Shown here piece after piece: positions 25,700 to 38,030 of a DNA stretch of 64,000 bases (position 1 is its first letter; every line of letters begins with the position of its first letter). The stretch is from Octopus sinensis (lineage: Eukaryota). The stretch is taken from the NCBI RefSeq assembly GCF_006345805.1, contig NC_043005.1, positions 53,754,001 through 53,818,000 on the forward strand, in the 5' to 3' direction. The notes below the pieces were generated by a model, which searched no databases, had not been told where the DNA came from, and saw only the letters and a program-made list of their open reading frames with translations. Position numbers and translations under genes: made by a program.

Positions 25700-25930
25700 A
25701 ATCCATGTATGCATGTATGTATGTATGTATGTATGTATGTATGTACGTATGTATGTATGTATGTATGTATGTATGTATGTATGTATGTGTGTGTGTGTAT
25801 GTGTGTATGTATGTATGTATGTGTGTGTGTATGTATGTATGTATGTATGTATGTATGTATGTATGTATGTATGTATGTGTGTGTGTGTGTGTATGTGTGT
25901 GTATGTATAGACACATGCATACATATACAT
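25700..25930. repeat. (GTAT)n/(GT)n microsatellite
   Basis: Directly visible. Confidence 0.95.
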
Positions 25931-26239
25931 AGATCTCTGTTTGAGTGTGTGTGTATCATTTATATGATACTTGCATGTATTATACCAACACTGGAAAGGT
26001 AAAAAATTCTATATAGAACATAAGATAGAAATGAAATTAAATGCTATAAATTTTATATAGTCTAGTGTTTAATCCCATATCTGCCAACTCTACTGCAAAT
26101 AGATAATATAGATATTCATTTCCATCAGCTCTTTGTATATCCATTTGTGCTAATGTATCTATTGTTGACTGTTTGAATGACTGAAATTCTATAATGGGTA
26201 TTAATATTAATATACTAGGTTATTAATATTAATATACTA

Positions 26240-26685
26240 CCTGGGACGTAGTCAGTCCACCTGTGCATACCTTCCTTCTTGTGACACTTGTGAAGACCTG
26301 TTGAGGCAAGTGAAAATCAAAATCAAATCAAAACAAATCAAAATAGATGAACATCAATGGAATTTGTATCTTTGTGGTACCAGTGCCGGTGGCACACAAG
26401 AAAACCATCCGAACGTGGCCGTAGCCAGTACCGCACCGACTGGCCTCCATGCTGTGGGCACGTAACAATCACCATCCGATCGTGGCCTCATCTGGCTTCT
26501 GTGTCGGTGGCACATAAAATCACCCACTACACTCTCGGAGTGGTTGGCGTTAGGAAGGGCATCCAGCTGTAGAAACACTGCCAGATCTGACTGACCTGGT
26601 GCAGCCTTCGGGCTCCCCAGACCCCAGTTGAACCGTCCAACCCATGCTAGCATGGAAAGCGGACGTTAAATGATGGTGATGATGA
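26240..26685 (+). mobile_element. Long, CpG-intact family C copy (LINE 3'-end-like) with (GAT)n tail
   Basis: 5'-extended relative to other family C copies; ends ggaaagcggacgttaaatgatggtgatgatgat. Confidence 0.85.
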
Positions 26686-26754
26686 TAGGTTGATATTCTA
26701 ATACTAATTTGCCATATAAAAAGCATTGGTGCAAGTGCTAGTGCCATGTAATAA

Positions 26755-26958
26755 TCAGTGGTGATTATGCCATGTAAAAAGCACCCAGTACACTCTGTAA
26801 TGTGGTTGGCATTAAGAAGGCCATCTAGCTGTAGAAACAAAACCAATACAAACTGTGGCACTTGGTGCAACTCCTGGCATTGCCAGTTCCTGTCAAGCTG
26901 TCCAAGCCACACCAGCATGGAAAATAGACATTAAACGTTGTTGATGTGATGATGATGA
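26755..26958 (+). mobile_element. SINE family C, degenerate
   Basis: aaaagcacccagtacactc..ggttggcattaagaagg..gatgatgatg. Confidence 0.75.
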
Positions 26959-27214
26959 GGGTAGAGTGTTAACCATCATATGAAGGCTAACTTTAGAAGC
27001 ACACTTTTGCCACCTGGGAGATTATTAGGAAATATAATATACATAAAATAATTGTGATTTAACTTTTATCATATTTCTTGTTGCTTCTACAAAATAATGA
27101 AATAAATTCTAATTTTCACAAGGAAATGATTTATTACATTAAAATAGAATTAAATAAAGCAAATTTTTCAGCTGTATATTTGCAATAGATATATGTTATT
27201 ATGTTTCTAAATTT

Positions 27215-27815
27215 TTTAAGGCAGCAAACTGACAGAATCTTTGCCATACCAGGCAAAAATACTTAGTGGTATTTGGTTGTCTAGGTGGCGAGCTGGTAGA
27301 ATCGTTAGCACACCGGGTGAAATGCTTAGCGGTATTTCGTCTACCGTTACGTTCTGAGCTCAAATTCCGCCGAGGTCGACTTTGCCTTTCATCCCTTCGG
27401 GGTCGATTAAATAAGTACCAGTTATGCACTGGGGTCAATATAATCGACTTAATCCATTTGTCTGTCCTTGTTTGTCCTCTCTGTGTTTAGCTTCTTGTGG
27501 GTAGTAAAGAAATAGGTATTTCGTCTGTCTTTACGTTCCAAGTTCAAATTCCACCAAGGTTGACTTTGCCTTTCATCCTTTCGGGGTTAATAAATTAAGT
27601 ACCAGCTGCGTACTGAGGTCGATCTAATCGACTGGCCCCTCCTGTCTATGTTCTGTCTGTGTTCTGAGTTCAAATTTTACTGAGATCGACTTTGCTTTCC
27701 ATCATTTTTTTGGAGGGGCTCGATAAAATATGTACCAGTTTTGCAACGGGTTGAAGTAATCAAGTAGCCCCCTCCCCCAAACTGGCTGGCCTTCTGCCAA
27801 AATTTAAAACCATTA
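27215..27815 (+). mobile_element. Head-to-tail chain of three to four SINE family B units
   Basis: Repeated gttctgagttcaaatt..gactttgcctttcatcc..aagtaccag. Confidence 0.85.
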
Positions 27816-28646
27816 TTTTCCTAATTTATTTTCAACATAATAGAAATCTACTCCATTGATCACCCATCTCTGCAAAATTCTATTCGAAAATGTGTATTTT
27901 TCTGTAGGTTAACATTGCCTGCCACCAAACCTTATATAGGCCTCATCCTACTTCTTTTATGCTCTCTATCTCTCTTTTATGTACGGTCAAAGGGGACATA
28001 ACTCTAACCCCCCTCCCCCATCTTTCTTTTTTGTTTCCTTTTTCTTTTTCCAGTGTCCTCAACATTCCACCTTTTACATCTACTTCCTTCTCACCTTTTC
28101 TCGTATTTTCTCTTATCCTATTGAACTGTTTTAGCTTGTTATAATATTTGGGCAGAGACTGAGGATTGCCTGAAGGCACCAGACATATTATAAAATGTTG
28201 ACTAAGTTGTTTTCCTCACATGAAACTAATAGTAGGTCATGATAATTTGGGTCCTATTTCTAGCATGTTGTATCTCTACCCATCGATTCCATAACTGGCT
28301 TACCTACAAAACATTTTTTATCCCAAGTTGAAAGCTCATTCATTACTTGCAATGTAACAGTTCTACATTATCTCATTCTTTCCTTAATATAAACTCCACA
28401 ATGTCTAACAAAACAAGATTCACTTTTAACTTTAAATTTAAATTGACTACACAGTTGCTCTCACAAACAAGTGAGAGAAATTTGGCAATTAAAAATACAT
28501 TTGTTTATCATCAGCAGTATTTTACATCCATTTTTTTCATACCAGAATAGGTTGGACAAGTTTTCTGAGGCATATAGTTTTACAGCCAGATGGCCTTCTT
28601 GTTGCTAACCTTATTAGCTGCCTTTTTAAACAGGCAGGTATTTGAG

Positions 28647-28972
28647 GCACCTATTCTAAAACTCGAATATAAATGGTAAGCAATTAGAAATATATACTAT
28701 ACAAAAGGTGCTTCTGAAATAATATTTATATTAATACCACATTCAATAAGAATATTGAACATCTACTAAGCTAACCCATCTGTGATTTTAAATCATGTGC
28801 ATGCAGGAATTTGATGCACCTATTCTAAAACTTAAATATACTTGGTAAGCAATCAGAAATATATACTATAAAATATGTTCTTCTGAAATAATATTAATAT
28901 TAATACTCCCTTCAATGAGAATATTGAACATGCATTAAGCTAACCCATCTGTAATCTTAAACCACATGCATT
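28647..28972 (+). repeat. Diverged tandem duplication, period about 168 bp
   Basis: gcacctattctaaaact at 28647 and 28816; both units end aagctaacccatctgt. Confidence 0.85.
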
Positions 28973-29049
28973 CTTTTATAGAAAGACAAACCTTCTTCCC
29001 AGTTATTAAGTTCAGTCTTGTTGTTGTTGTTGTTGTTGTTTGTTCCTTC

Positions 29050-29330
29050 TTTGGCTCATAGGGCTGGTTTTCTGGTTTCCTCGGTGTATAAGTTCCACAC
29101 CTGGACAGGACGCAGGTCCGTTGCAAGTGAGCTGCAAGATGCAGGAGAAAAGAGTGAGAGAAAGTTGTGGCAAAAGTGTCAGCAGAAGTTTGCCATTACC
29201 TTCTGCCACAGCCATGTGGAGCTTAGGTGTTTCACTCATAAATACACACGTCGCCCGGTCTGAGATTCGAACCCCCGATCCCTTGACCGCAAGTCCGCTG
29301 CTCTAACCACTAGGTCACGTGCCTCCACAA
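29050..29330 (-). mobile_element. SINE family D (composite)
   Basis: agagtgagagaaagttgtggc..gattcgaacccccgatcc..ctctaaccactag. Confidence 0.8.
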
Positions 29331-30421
29331 CTTCAGTCTTATCCCTTCAAAATTTTTGCTGTGTAAAATCCAAGTGAAATTGTGCTATTTTTATTGATAT
29401 AGAGAGTACATCATTTCAAAAGAGCCTTTATGCTGTTATTTGAAATGCAAGATATAGCAAGCAAATGCAACTTATATATCCTACTGTCTTAAGGAAAAAA
29501 AAAGGATAAAAGAAACGTTGTAAAGGCTAAGGCAGCGTGCCTTAGATACAGTATACCTGAAATGAGATGGGAGTATTTTCAGAACATAGGAATAGTCAAT
29601 CAGAGCTGACATAAGTCTAAAGAACAACAATAACAGTAGTAACAACAGACAAGGAAACAGAAGCAAAAACAACAGCGGCAGAATCAACTACTTTCAAGAG
29701 ATAAAATTTCAAGATTTTCTATCAACCACTACACACACACACAATATGATACACTGCAACATATGTACATATGTGTGTACTACTACATATAGCAGCCAAT
29801 CTCCCTTAAAGTAGTAAAAGTATTTTAAAGAAGGAAGATAGACAATGTAAAGATATTTTAGCTATGATCCTCATATCTTTTTATATCATTCTCAAATATA
29901 TCTTTCGTTTTGGAAAAGAGAATAGAGAATATTTGAAAGAGTTTAACTGCTATTTCTAACAGGTTGAATGACTACATAGTGGCTTTGCCATTGCTTCACT
30001 TTGTAAAGCCAATATGTATAGAGAAAACACTTTATTTATTAAATGTCTGCCATTCTTCTCTTTACATTTCGGTGGAGTTTTTACTCAATAATTCTTTTAC
30101 CATTGTCTACATTATTCAAAGTGTTATTTAATGGCTACTTTCAGCAGAGTTATTTGTAACCGAGCCAACTATTGCAGTTAAACCTCCTTTTGTGTTTCAG
30201 CAATAGACAAACGTATAGCTATGAGCTGTTCTAATTATTATGTACATCCATACTTATAGGCCTTCTATGCAGAACAGACGTTTTCTTAATTACTAGATTA
30301 AAGGCAAATAAGAATAATGTGAAATCTGGAGGCAAAAATGAATATATTTGTTTAACAAACCAATCTCAATATTTGTCTTCTTCAAATGTTAAAATGCGTG
30401 ATATAATAAGTTCTCACTTAC

Positions 30422-30467
30422 TTTTATGGCATCTGGTAAACATTACAAATGATCTGAAAGGTTCATC
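30422..30467 (-). CDS. Candidate 46-nt exon (DEPFRSFVMFTRCHK)
   Basis: Donor AAA/gtaagt, acceptor atgcttcag; one open frame. Confidence 0.22.
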
Positions 30468-30974
30468 CTGAAGCATATTTACAGTGCTTCAGTTTTTTCT
30501 TCTTCGGGTAATGTAAACAGAAACGATAGAACAGTTTCAATTTCAAATGAAACGATAGTATTTTGATGCAAATCAAGATTAATCCGTCTTGTGAGAAACG
30601 CAAATGAATTAGACAAATGTGTTTCACTATAAAAGGAAAATTTGTTCTGCTTATTTAGATACACAGGACGCTATGTATTGAACTGTATGTCTATGCTTGT
30701 GTCCGTGCGCACGTGTGAGTGTGTGCATATGTGTTTGTGGTTGCCTGGTTCTCTACTGCCCATCAGTGTAGATTCAGTTGTCCAGACATTTGAATTACTT
30801 CTTTCTGAACTTGTAAGTGGCTGAGCATCCCACAGACATGTATGTACCCTTAATGTAATTCTCTGGCAGAATCAGCATAATGTAGAGTGCAGGACAAGGT
30901 TGTACCCCTGAATTATAGGTACAATCCAAAAGACAGGTTTCTGTACAATTTCTGTACACTCAATTTATGATATA

Positions 30975-31219
30975 TATCATCATCATCATCATCATTTAAC
31001 ATCCGTTGTCCATGCTGGCATGGGTTGGACGGTTTGAACAGAACTGGCAAACTGGAAGGCTGCACCAAACTCCAGTCTGATTTAGCATGATTTCTATGGC
31101 TGGATGCCCTTCCTAACACCAACCACTCAAAGAGTGTAATGGGTGCTTTTACATGCCACCGGCACAGGTGCCATTTATGTGACAGCAGTATCTGCTGCGA
31201 CTACAATTTTGCCACAACT

Positions 31220-31277
<58 letters not shown>

Positions 31278-31345
31278 CTGGTCAATCCGTCCAACCCATG
31301 CCAGTATGAAAAATGGACGTTAAACGATGATGATGATGATGATGA
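30975..31345. mobile_element. Inverted pair of family C copies (30975-31190 minus; 31277-31345 plus)
   Basis: catcatcatttaacatccgttgtccatgctggcatgggttggacgg is complementary to ccgtccaacccatgccagtatg..gttaaacgatgatg. Confidence 0.8.
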
Positions 31346-31486
31346 TATATATATATATAAAAGATTTGTAGGTACGTGGTACTTTGTTATGCAAAAACAA
31401 TATACTATAACCTACACTAAGTCTTTTTACAAGTAAGTAACATGTTCTATTATGTCAGCAATGCTCTTACATTATTTTAAGGTTAT

Positions 31487-31645
31487 GAAGGTGGTGAGCT
31501 GGCAGAATCATTAGCGTGCCAGGTGAAATGCTTAGCGGCATTTCGTCTGCTGCTATGTTCTGAGTTCAAATTCCACTGGGGTCGACTTTTCTTTCATCTT
31601 TTCAGGGTCGATGAAATAAGTACCAGTTATGCACTGGGGTCGAAA
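31487..31645 (+). mobile_element. SINE family B
   Basis: ggtggtgagctggcagaatc..gttctgagttcaaattcc. Confidence 0.85.
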
Positions 31646-31740
31646 ATCTTCAAAACCTTGCACCTAGAGTAGGAATGACTATTTTAAGGTTATTTCTACA
31701 GATATTCTATTGAACTCATAGCCAGCACTGATTTTTGTTG

Positions 31741-32094
31741 TTTCATATTGAGACATTAGATGTAAGCAGACAATGTGGTCAAAGATAAAAGTGGGTAGTG
31801 AGTATATATGCCATATTTTGGAGGTTGCTGGCATAGCAATGTACCACATAATTTACAAATTTTTAATGTTTACATACCTGCCCCAGGAATGCGTTTGATA
31901 AGAAAATTGGAATATCGAATAACTTAACATTGCTGTATGTGGTGGCTATATAAGCAATGTGTTCGGGGGCAATAGTGGGTTACATGAGTGCTGAAGAAGG
32001 GGCAACAACCCCTGAAATATGGCATATACATTCGTGACCCACTTTTGTCTTTAATCACATTGTTTGTTTACATCTGATGTCTCAATACGAAATG
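31741..32094. mobile_element. Inverted pair of Penelope-like terminal repeats (arms 31741-31832 / 32001-32094)
   Basis: tttcatattgagacattagatgtaagcagacaatgtggtcaaagataaaagtggg matches the reverse complement of 32038-32094. Confidence 0.75.
31983..32036 (+). ncRNA. Type I hammerhead ribozyme motif
   Basis: CATGAGTG (stem I) CTGAAGA AGGGG-caacaa-CCCCT (stem II) GAAA TAT-ggc-ATAT (stem III) A CATTCGTG (stem I'); all core nucleotides present; cleavage triplet AUA. Confidence 0.7.
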
Positions 32095-32162
32095 TTGGTA
32101 GCAAAATTCTGTTTTGGCTATAAGTTCTATAGCATATCGCTAGGAATAACATTATCAAAATA

Positions 32163-32195
<33 letters not shown>

Positions 32196-32196
32196 A

Positions 32197-32236
<40 letters not shown>

Positions 32237-32263
32237 ATATATATATATGTATATATATATATG

Positions 32264-32307
<44 letters not shown>

Positions 32308-32317
32308 ATATATATCA

Positions 32318-32596
32318 GACGTTGCTACACATCACTGGTCACAATGTGCTTCGCATTGTTTTAGCCTTCAAATGACGCCACCCCGCTGGCTAAGCGAGCA
32401 GGCCAACAGAAGAAAGAGTGAGAGAAAGTTGTGGCGAAAGAGTATAGCAGGGATCGCCACCACCTCCTGCCGGAGCCTTGTGGAGCTTTCGGTGTTTTCG
32501 CTCAATAAACACTCACAACGGCCGGTCTGGGAATCGAAACTGCAATCCTACAACCGTGAGTCTGCTACCCTAACTACTGGGCCATTGCATCTCCAT
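32318..32596 (-). mobile_element. SINE family D variant
   Basis: ggtctgggaatcgaaac..ctaactactgggccattgcatctcc head. Confidence 0.85.
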
Positions 32597-32608
32597 GTAT
32601 ATATATAT

Positions 32609-32641
<33 letters not shown>

Positions 32642-32701
32642 CTGGTAGTTGTTTATCATTTAAGGTGTATTTCTCCATTTTCTTATTTTGTATATATATA
32701 T

Positions 32702-32784
<83 letters not shown>

Positions 32785-33295
32785 TTATATATTGTCGACT
32801 TCTGAAAGGATGAAATGCAAGGTTGGCCCCAGCAGCATTTGAACTCAGAACGTAAAGACAGAGGTAATAAATGATGATTTGTAACTTCACAATATCACTC
32901 ATTTGGATGGCATGTAATACACTAGTATTCGACAGGTACTTATATTATTCATTCTTGTATATTATCAAACCCGGAACATAAAAGGAAGCAACACCATGAC
33001 TCATCAATTTATGTCAATATTTAACCTAACACACAACTGTTCCCCTACCTTAGTTATACTGAATAATATGTGCATTAAACCTTTTCATCATCTTTGGTAG
33101 GAACGTACAACAAAACAGTTTGCAAATCTATCTTCTGTTAATACATTTTTGAATTGATAACCTGTGTTTGTTGTCTCAGAACCCATAGATCCATTTATTT
33201 CCCAAGAGACACTAATCAATTGACTTTTTATTTTCATCGGTGTAAATTCATGCAAGAATTAGCCAGCAGTCTTTTATCATTATCTTGACACTTAC

Positions 33296-33339
33296 TGAAA
33301 GGTTCCAATTGACAGGCTTTGCTGGGTGCCAGGAAAAAT
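33296..33339 (-). CDS. Candidate 44-nt exon
   Basis: Strong acceptor atcccttgttttcctttcaag, donor TCA/gtaagt; all three frames open. Confidence 0.28.
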
Positions 33340-33877
33340 CTTGAAAGGAAAACAAGGGATAGGAACTCCACGTATTTTTGAAATAATAGTTTAAAATCAA
33401 TTTGTTGCCAGCTTGTCTTATGTTTAAAAGAAAATCTGGGCAAAAATCTAACTGCTGAAACTGAGTGATCTATATACTTTTAAGCTATTTGGCATCAGGT
33501 GTAATTTGTCACAATAGCATGGATGTTTTCATGGTGGATTTTATTTGTTTATGGAACTGCCACAACTGTGCCATATAATCTAGGCTGCACTAAAAGTGTG
33601 TCATATTGATTGTAAACAATTTGACATATAAAATGATAAATGAGCCAGCTGATAAAGCTATCTCTGAATTAAATATCCAGATCAAAGTCTAAGAGTCCTT
33701 TAAGATGTTAAAACAAGGTGACAAGATCCTGAACTCTTGAGATTAATGACAAAAGTAATTATGATATAGTAGATCAACTTATGATATTATTCTCATGGAC
33801 CAATGGTGAGAGAATCATATGAACTTTCAGCAATATAGCAAATCTTTGTGTAGAATAATGTTATATACTTTTAGCTG

Positions 33878-33918
<41 letters not shown>

Positions 33919-34257
33919 GATAATGATAATAATAATAATAACAAGAACACTCAGAGAGCACAAACCTCCACCAAGGCAAAACCAACGTCCTCTCAAAGAT
34001 TAGCAGGAGAGGATTTTTAAAATGAGAATATCTTAAATAAATTTGACTGCTCTCACAAACAATAATAGGTGAATTTTCTATGGCTGGATGCACTTCCTGT
34101 CACCAAGGCTCACCTGTTTCTTAGTAAAATATTATTTTCCCATGACCAAACATATTTTCATGAAAGATTGGAAACGAAATACACCATGGTTGTACTTGCT
34201 TTCAGATAGCGTACAAAGTCAAGGAAAAGCAATAGTACCACACACACACACATACAC

Positions 34258-34410
34258 ACATGTTGGGCTCCTTTCAGTTTCTATTTCAGGGGTTTTGGTT
34301 GTTCTGGCCCTATAGTAGAAGACACTTGCACAAGGCGTTACACTGTAGCACTGAACCTGAAACCACATAGTTAGAAAGCAAACTTCTTACAACACTGCAG
34401 CACTTGCACC
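34258..34410 (-). mobile_element. SINE family A 5' half, degenerate
   Basis: ctatagtagaagacacttgc..ctgaacctgaaacc. Confidence 0.7.
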
Positions 34411-34903
34411 TGCATTGCAAGAACAATTAATTTATCATTTATTCCATTACCTAATTAGAAATATCTCTCGGCAGAATCTTTATCCTATTTGATTTCAAGT
34501 GTATGCTTCAGTCACTAAGACATTCCACTGAAAGAAATAAAAATGCTGTCAATAAATTGTCAGTAGAAATTTCTGCTGGTTACATTAGTAAAGTAACACT
34601 TCTTCTCAAAGTATCAAACTTGAAATAGATGGATTGAACAAGTAAGAGACTAGTGTCTGAGTACAGTATGTTGTTAGTGACTTGACACAAACTTTTGCTC
34701 CTATGGTACGACCTCAGATATGTAATATAAAGTGCTTAAAACGGTTGACTGAAATTATACATGCAATTTGTTGCTACGTAAATTTGTTCTAGAAGTGAAG
34801 TTTTTCAAATCTAAAGACAAGTATGTGAGATAACTGAAGTACGATCATCTAGATGATATTTTAGGAAATAAAGGCAATGTAGATGGAAGTAAAGATCTTG
34901 TCA

Positions 34904-35132
34904 TTAACCATTTTGAAACCAATCTACTTGGGATGCCCTTGGACCTATGATACAAACTTTGAGTTTTAAAGCAATCTAAACTGAAAACTTCCATTAAAAT
35001 TCCAAATTAATTCATGTTCGTAACACCACATTAATAATTACAAAGTTATTTTATTAAATTCTTAATTATTTTCAAAATTAATTGTAACAAAGTTTGAATT
35101 TTTCAACAAAAATATAGCAACAAATGGGTTAA
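34904..35132. mobile_element. piggyBac-like MITE, diverged
   Basis: TTAA-CCATTTTGAAACC ... GCAACAAATGGG-TTAA. Confidence 0.65.
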
Positions 35133-36154
35133 AGCCAACTGGTGCTGACAAGGAATGTGTTTTGTAGTCTTATGAGGTCTGCTCAATGAAGCATATTTTA
35201 TTCAACTGGAAAGACCAGGATCAGTGAACTAGGATCAGAGGTAATCATTATATATAGAAACATATGAAATGCAACAATGCTGTTTACTAATAACAATAAC
35301 ATGATTGAGAGAATGTACCTCATACCTTGCATACTAAATATAAGTAAGGTAGAGCCACATGCATGTAATATAGTGAGTTGAAAATCTCACTCTATTACAT
35401 CTATGATATTTTGATCCTTTGACCTAGCAGGCTAGCACTATATTGATGTTGCTAGCTGTGATTCTACTTCATCATGAAATTAAAAGCAAATATATCTCGA
35501 GTGAAAATTATCATATATTTTCTTCAAGAAATATTTTTGTACCAATAAATTTGCAAAAGAAAAACTTACACTTTGACTATATTAATTTCCTCTTCATAGC
35601 ACATCCATTAGTTGTCAGCAATATATAGGTTTGGCAATTTATCACTATTTTTGTAAAATGTAATTTTATTTTATTTGGCTTATGAAATAAGAAGACAGAA
35701 AAGGATGTTATTCAATTTTTTTTTAATATGATTTTATGGACAGAAAATGATAGGAATTTTTTTTTTATTTTTCTAAAATATTTAACAATGAAACAATTTA
35801 AAATATATTTTCATGTTAAATTTGTAATAACTTCTTACTTGTCTGATTTGCTTGACATCCGATATTCAGTTGATTCTGTCAGAAGTCATATGCTTGTCTG
35901 ACAGGAGTTCAAGCAATAAGCAAAAGTTAAAAATATGGAAAGCTCAGGTAGTTGGCCTAATTCTTTAGCTTGTATTATACATTACATGGAAAAAGTGTAG
36001 CTAACAGTAGCAATTCAGTTTCTATGAAGTACATTAACTCGTTTGATACTAATGTGTCTAAGACTGCCCCTGGGTCTATGATATAAAGTTATCTGTCAAA
36101 CTATGATATAAACTTACTATCAAAATTTAATTTTTAAAACAGATGTTTAATAAT

Positions 36155-36425
36155 CCATTCTATTATAGGCACAAAGCCTGAAATTCGAGGCGGAGGGGGA
36201 TAACCAATTACATCGACCCAGTATTCAACTGGTTCTTATTTTTTCGACCCTGAAAGGATGAAAGGCAAAATCAACCCCTGTGGAATTTGAACCTAGAATT
36301 CCGAAACAGATGAAATACTGCAAAGCATTCCGCCCAGCATGCTAATGATTCTGCAAGCTCACTGCCTTTCACAAAGCCAGTAATTTCAGGGTAATGGATA
36401 GGTCGATTACATCAACCCCAGCAGC
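36155..36425 (-). mobile_element. SINE family B
   Basis: tcgaccctgaaaggatgaaaggc..aatttgaacc..tctgcaagctcactgcc. Confidence 0.8.
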
Positions 36426-37815
36426 TTAATAATAACGAAGTTATTTTACTAAATTCTTTGTTATTTTCAAAATTAATTGAAACAGAGGCAGAGTGTATTT
36501 TAACAGAAATATGGTAATGAAAGGGTTAATGTGACAATGTTGCTTCATACAAATTCTCACAGAATATGAAAAATTATTAGAATGTTGAAACCTTAAAATA
36601 ACAAATATAAAAGTTGGCAAAATTCATAAGATTTTATTTGGTTTTAATAAAATCAGTTGATAGTGATTAATCAAATCCTTTCTCCAGCTGTATTAAAAGT
36701 CTCACAATAGTAACAATTTCATAAAATAGTTTTCTGTTTTATTTTATTCATTTGTGTGTGTGTGTGTGGTGTGTGTGTGTGTGTGTGTGTGCTATTGACC
36801 TGGATTCCAAGTTCAAATCACATCAGTTTCGACCATTTTGCTTTTTATCCTTCAGTGATTGATGAAATTGATAAAAGTAACATACTAGAATCAATAGTAT
36901 TCTGCTTCAGTTTACATATATAAAGCTGCAATGAATTAATCTATAATACGCAAACAGTATAGGACGTGTATAATTTTTGAAGATATTCTTTAGAACGAAA
37001 TTACCTTCAGTACTACTTATATGGACTCTATGTCATCTCAAGAATCAAAAATTTCAGAAAAAATACAATTTCAAAAGATATTAAGAATTTCATGGTTTTT
37101 CCACCAGTTTTCAGTAATCTTATAGTTTTCAAAACGATCATGAAGATTCCATGGGTGCAGTTAGTTATATTTGGTTTGCTTTATGAGAAATCGATGCTAA
37201 AGTAATATACTATTCATATGTACACTATTAAATCAATATAAATAAATGCAAGTTAGTACTCCTTTACCTTGTCACCCAGGATTGATAGAAAACTGGGGAG
37301 GAAATAGATCTTTAAACTTGACATTTAATGGTTGGGTTTTGTGTTTTGGGCAGTGCACCAGAAAATCGACTTTTCACATAATATAGAGAATTTCCCAAGA
37401 AGTTTAAAACCTGTCTGCTACCCCAATTTGTGTGTGTGTGTGTGTGTGAAAAATATAAGAAGAATGTATAGATTTTTTGAGATAGTCAACCTGTTTCACT
37501 TTTGCTAATCACGACTAAGAAATTAGTGAAAATATTACAATTTCATGGTATCAAAAGACGTTTTTAGTCTACAACTTTTCTGTTTCTAGCATCGATAAAG
37601 AATTTCTCTTGATACAATCAGATTGTAATATTTTCATTAATTTCATAGTCTTAATTAGCAAATGCAAAACTAGTTAACTATGTAACTATTTGACCCCATA
37701 AAAGAAATTTATATATTCTGTGCATTTACCATATTCTTATATTTTTCACAACTCACCACATGGGTAAAAAAATCTTTCCACGGTAGCTTTTTACTACTCT
37801 CACACACACACACAT

Positions 37816-38030
37816 ATTGGGCTGGCAAGAAAGTAATTTCGTTTTTCGCAAATAGAGTTGCGATTTTTTTAAATGACTTTTGTCAATGTTATGACTTTTT
37901 GCTTTTGACATTTGATGACCGTTACTTTTAATTTATTTTAGAAGCAAAGTGTGCGTAAAGGCAAGAAAGCTGCCGAGGCCACAAAGAGATATGGGATGTT
38001 ATGGTGCTACTTGCTTAACAAATATGTTCA
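37816..38030 (+). mobile_element. Mariner 5' fragment
   Basis: TIR-like tattgggctggcaagaaagtaatttcg; frameshifted RKGKKAAEATK-EIWDVYGATCL resembles the mariner N-terminal HTH. Confidence 0.6.

Noticed and set aside
31877-32011. Minus-strand exon with CAG/gtatgt donor
   Set aside because: Stops in all three frames, and it overlaps the inverted Penelope-like cassette.
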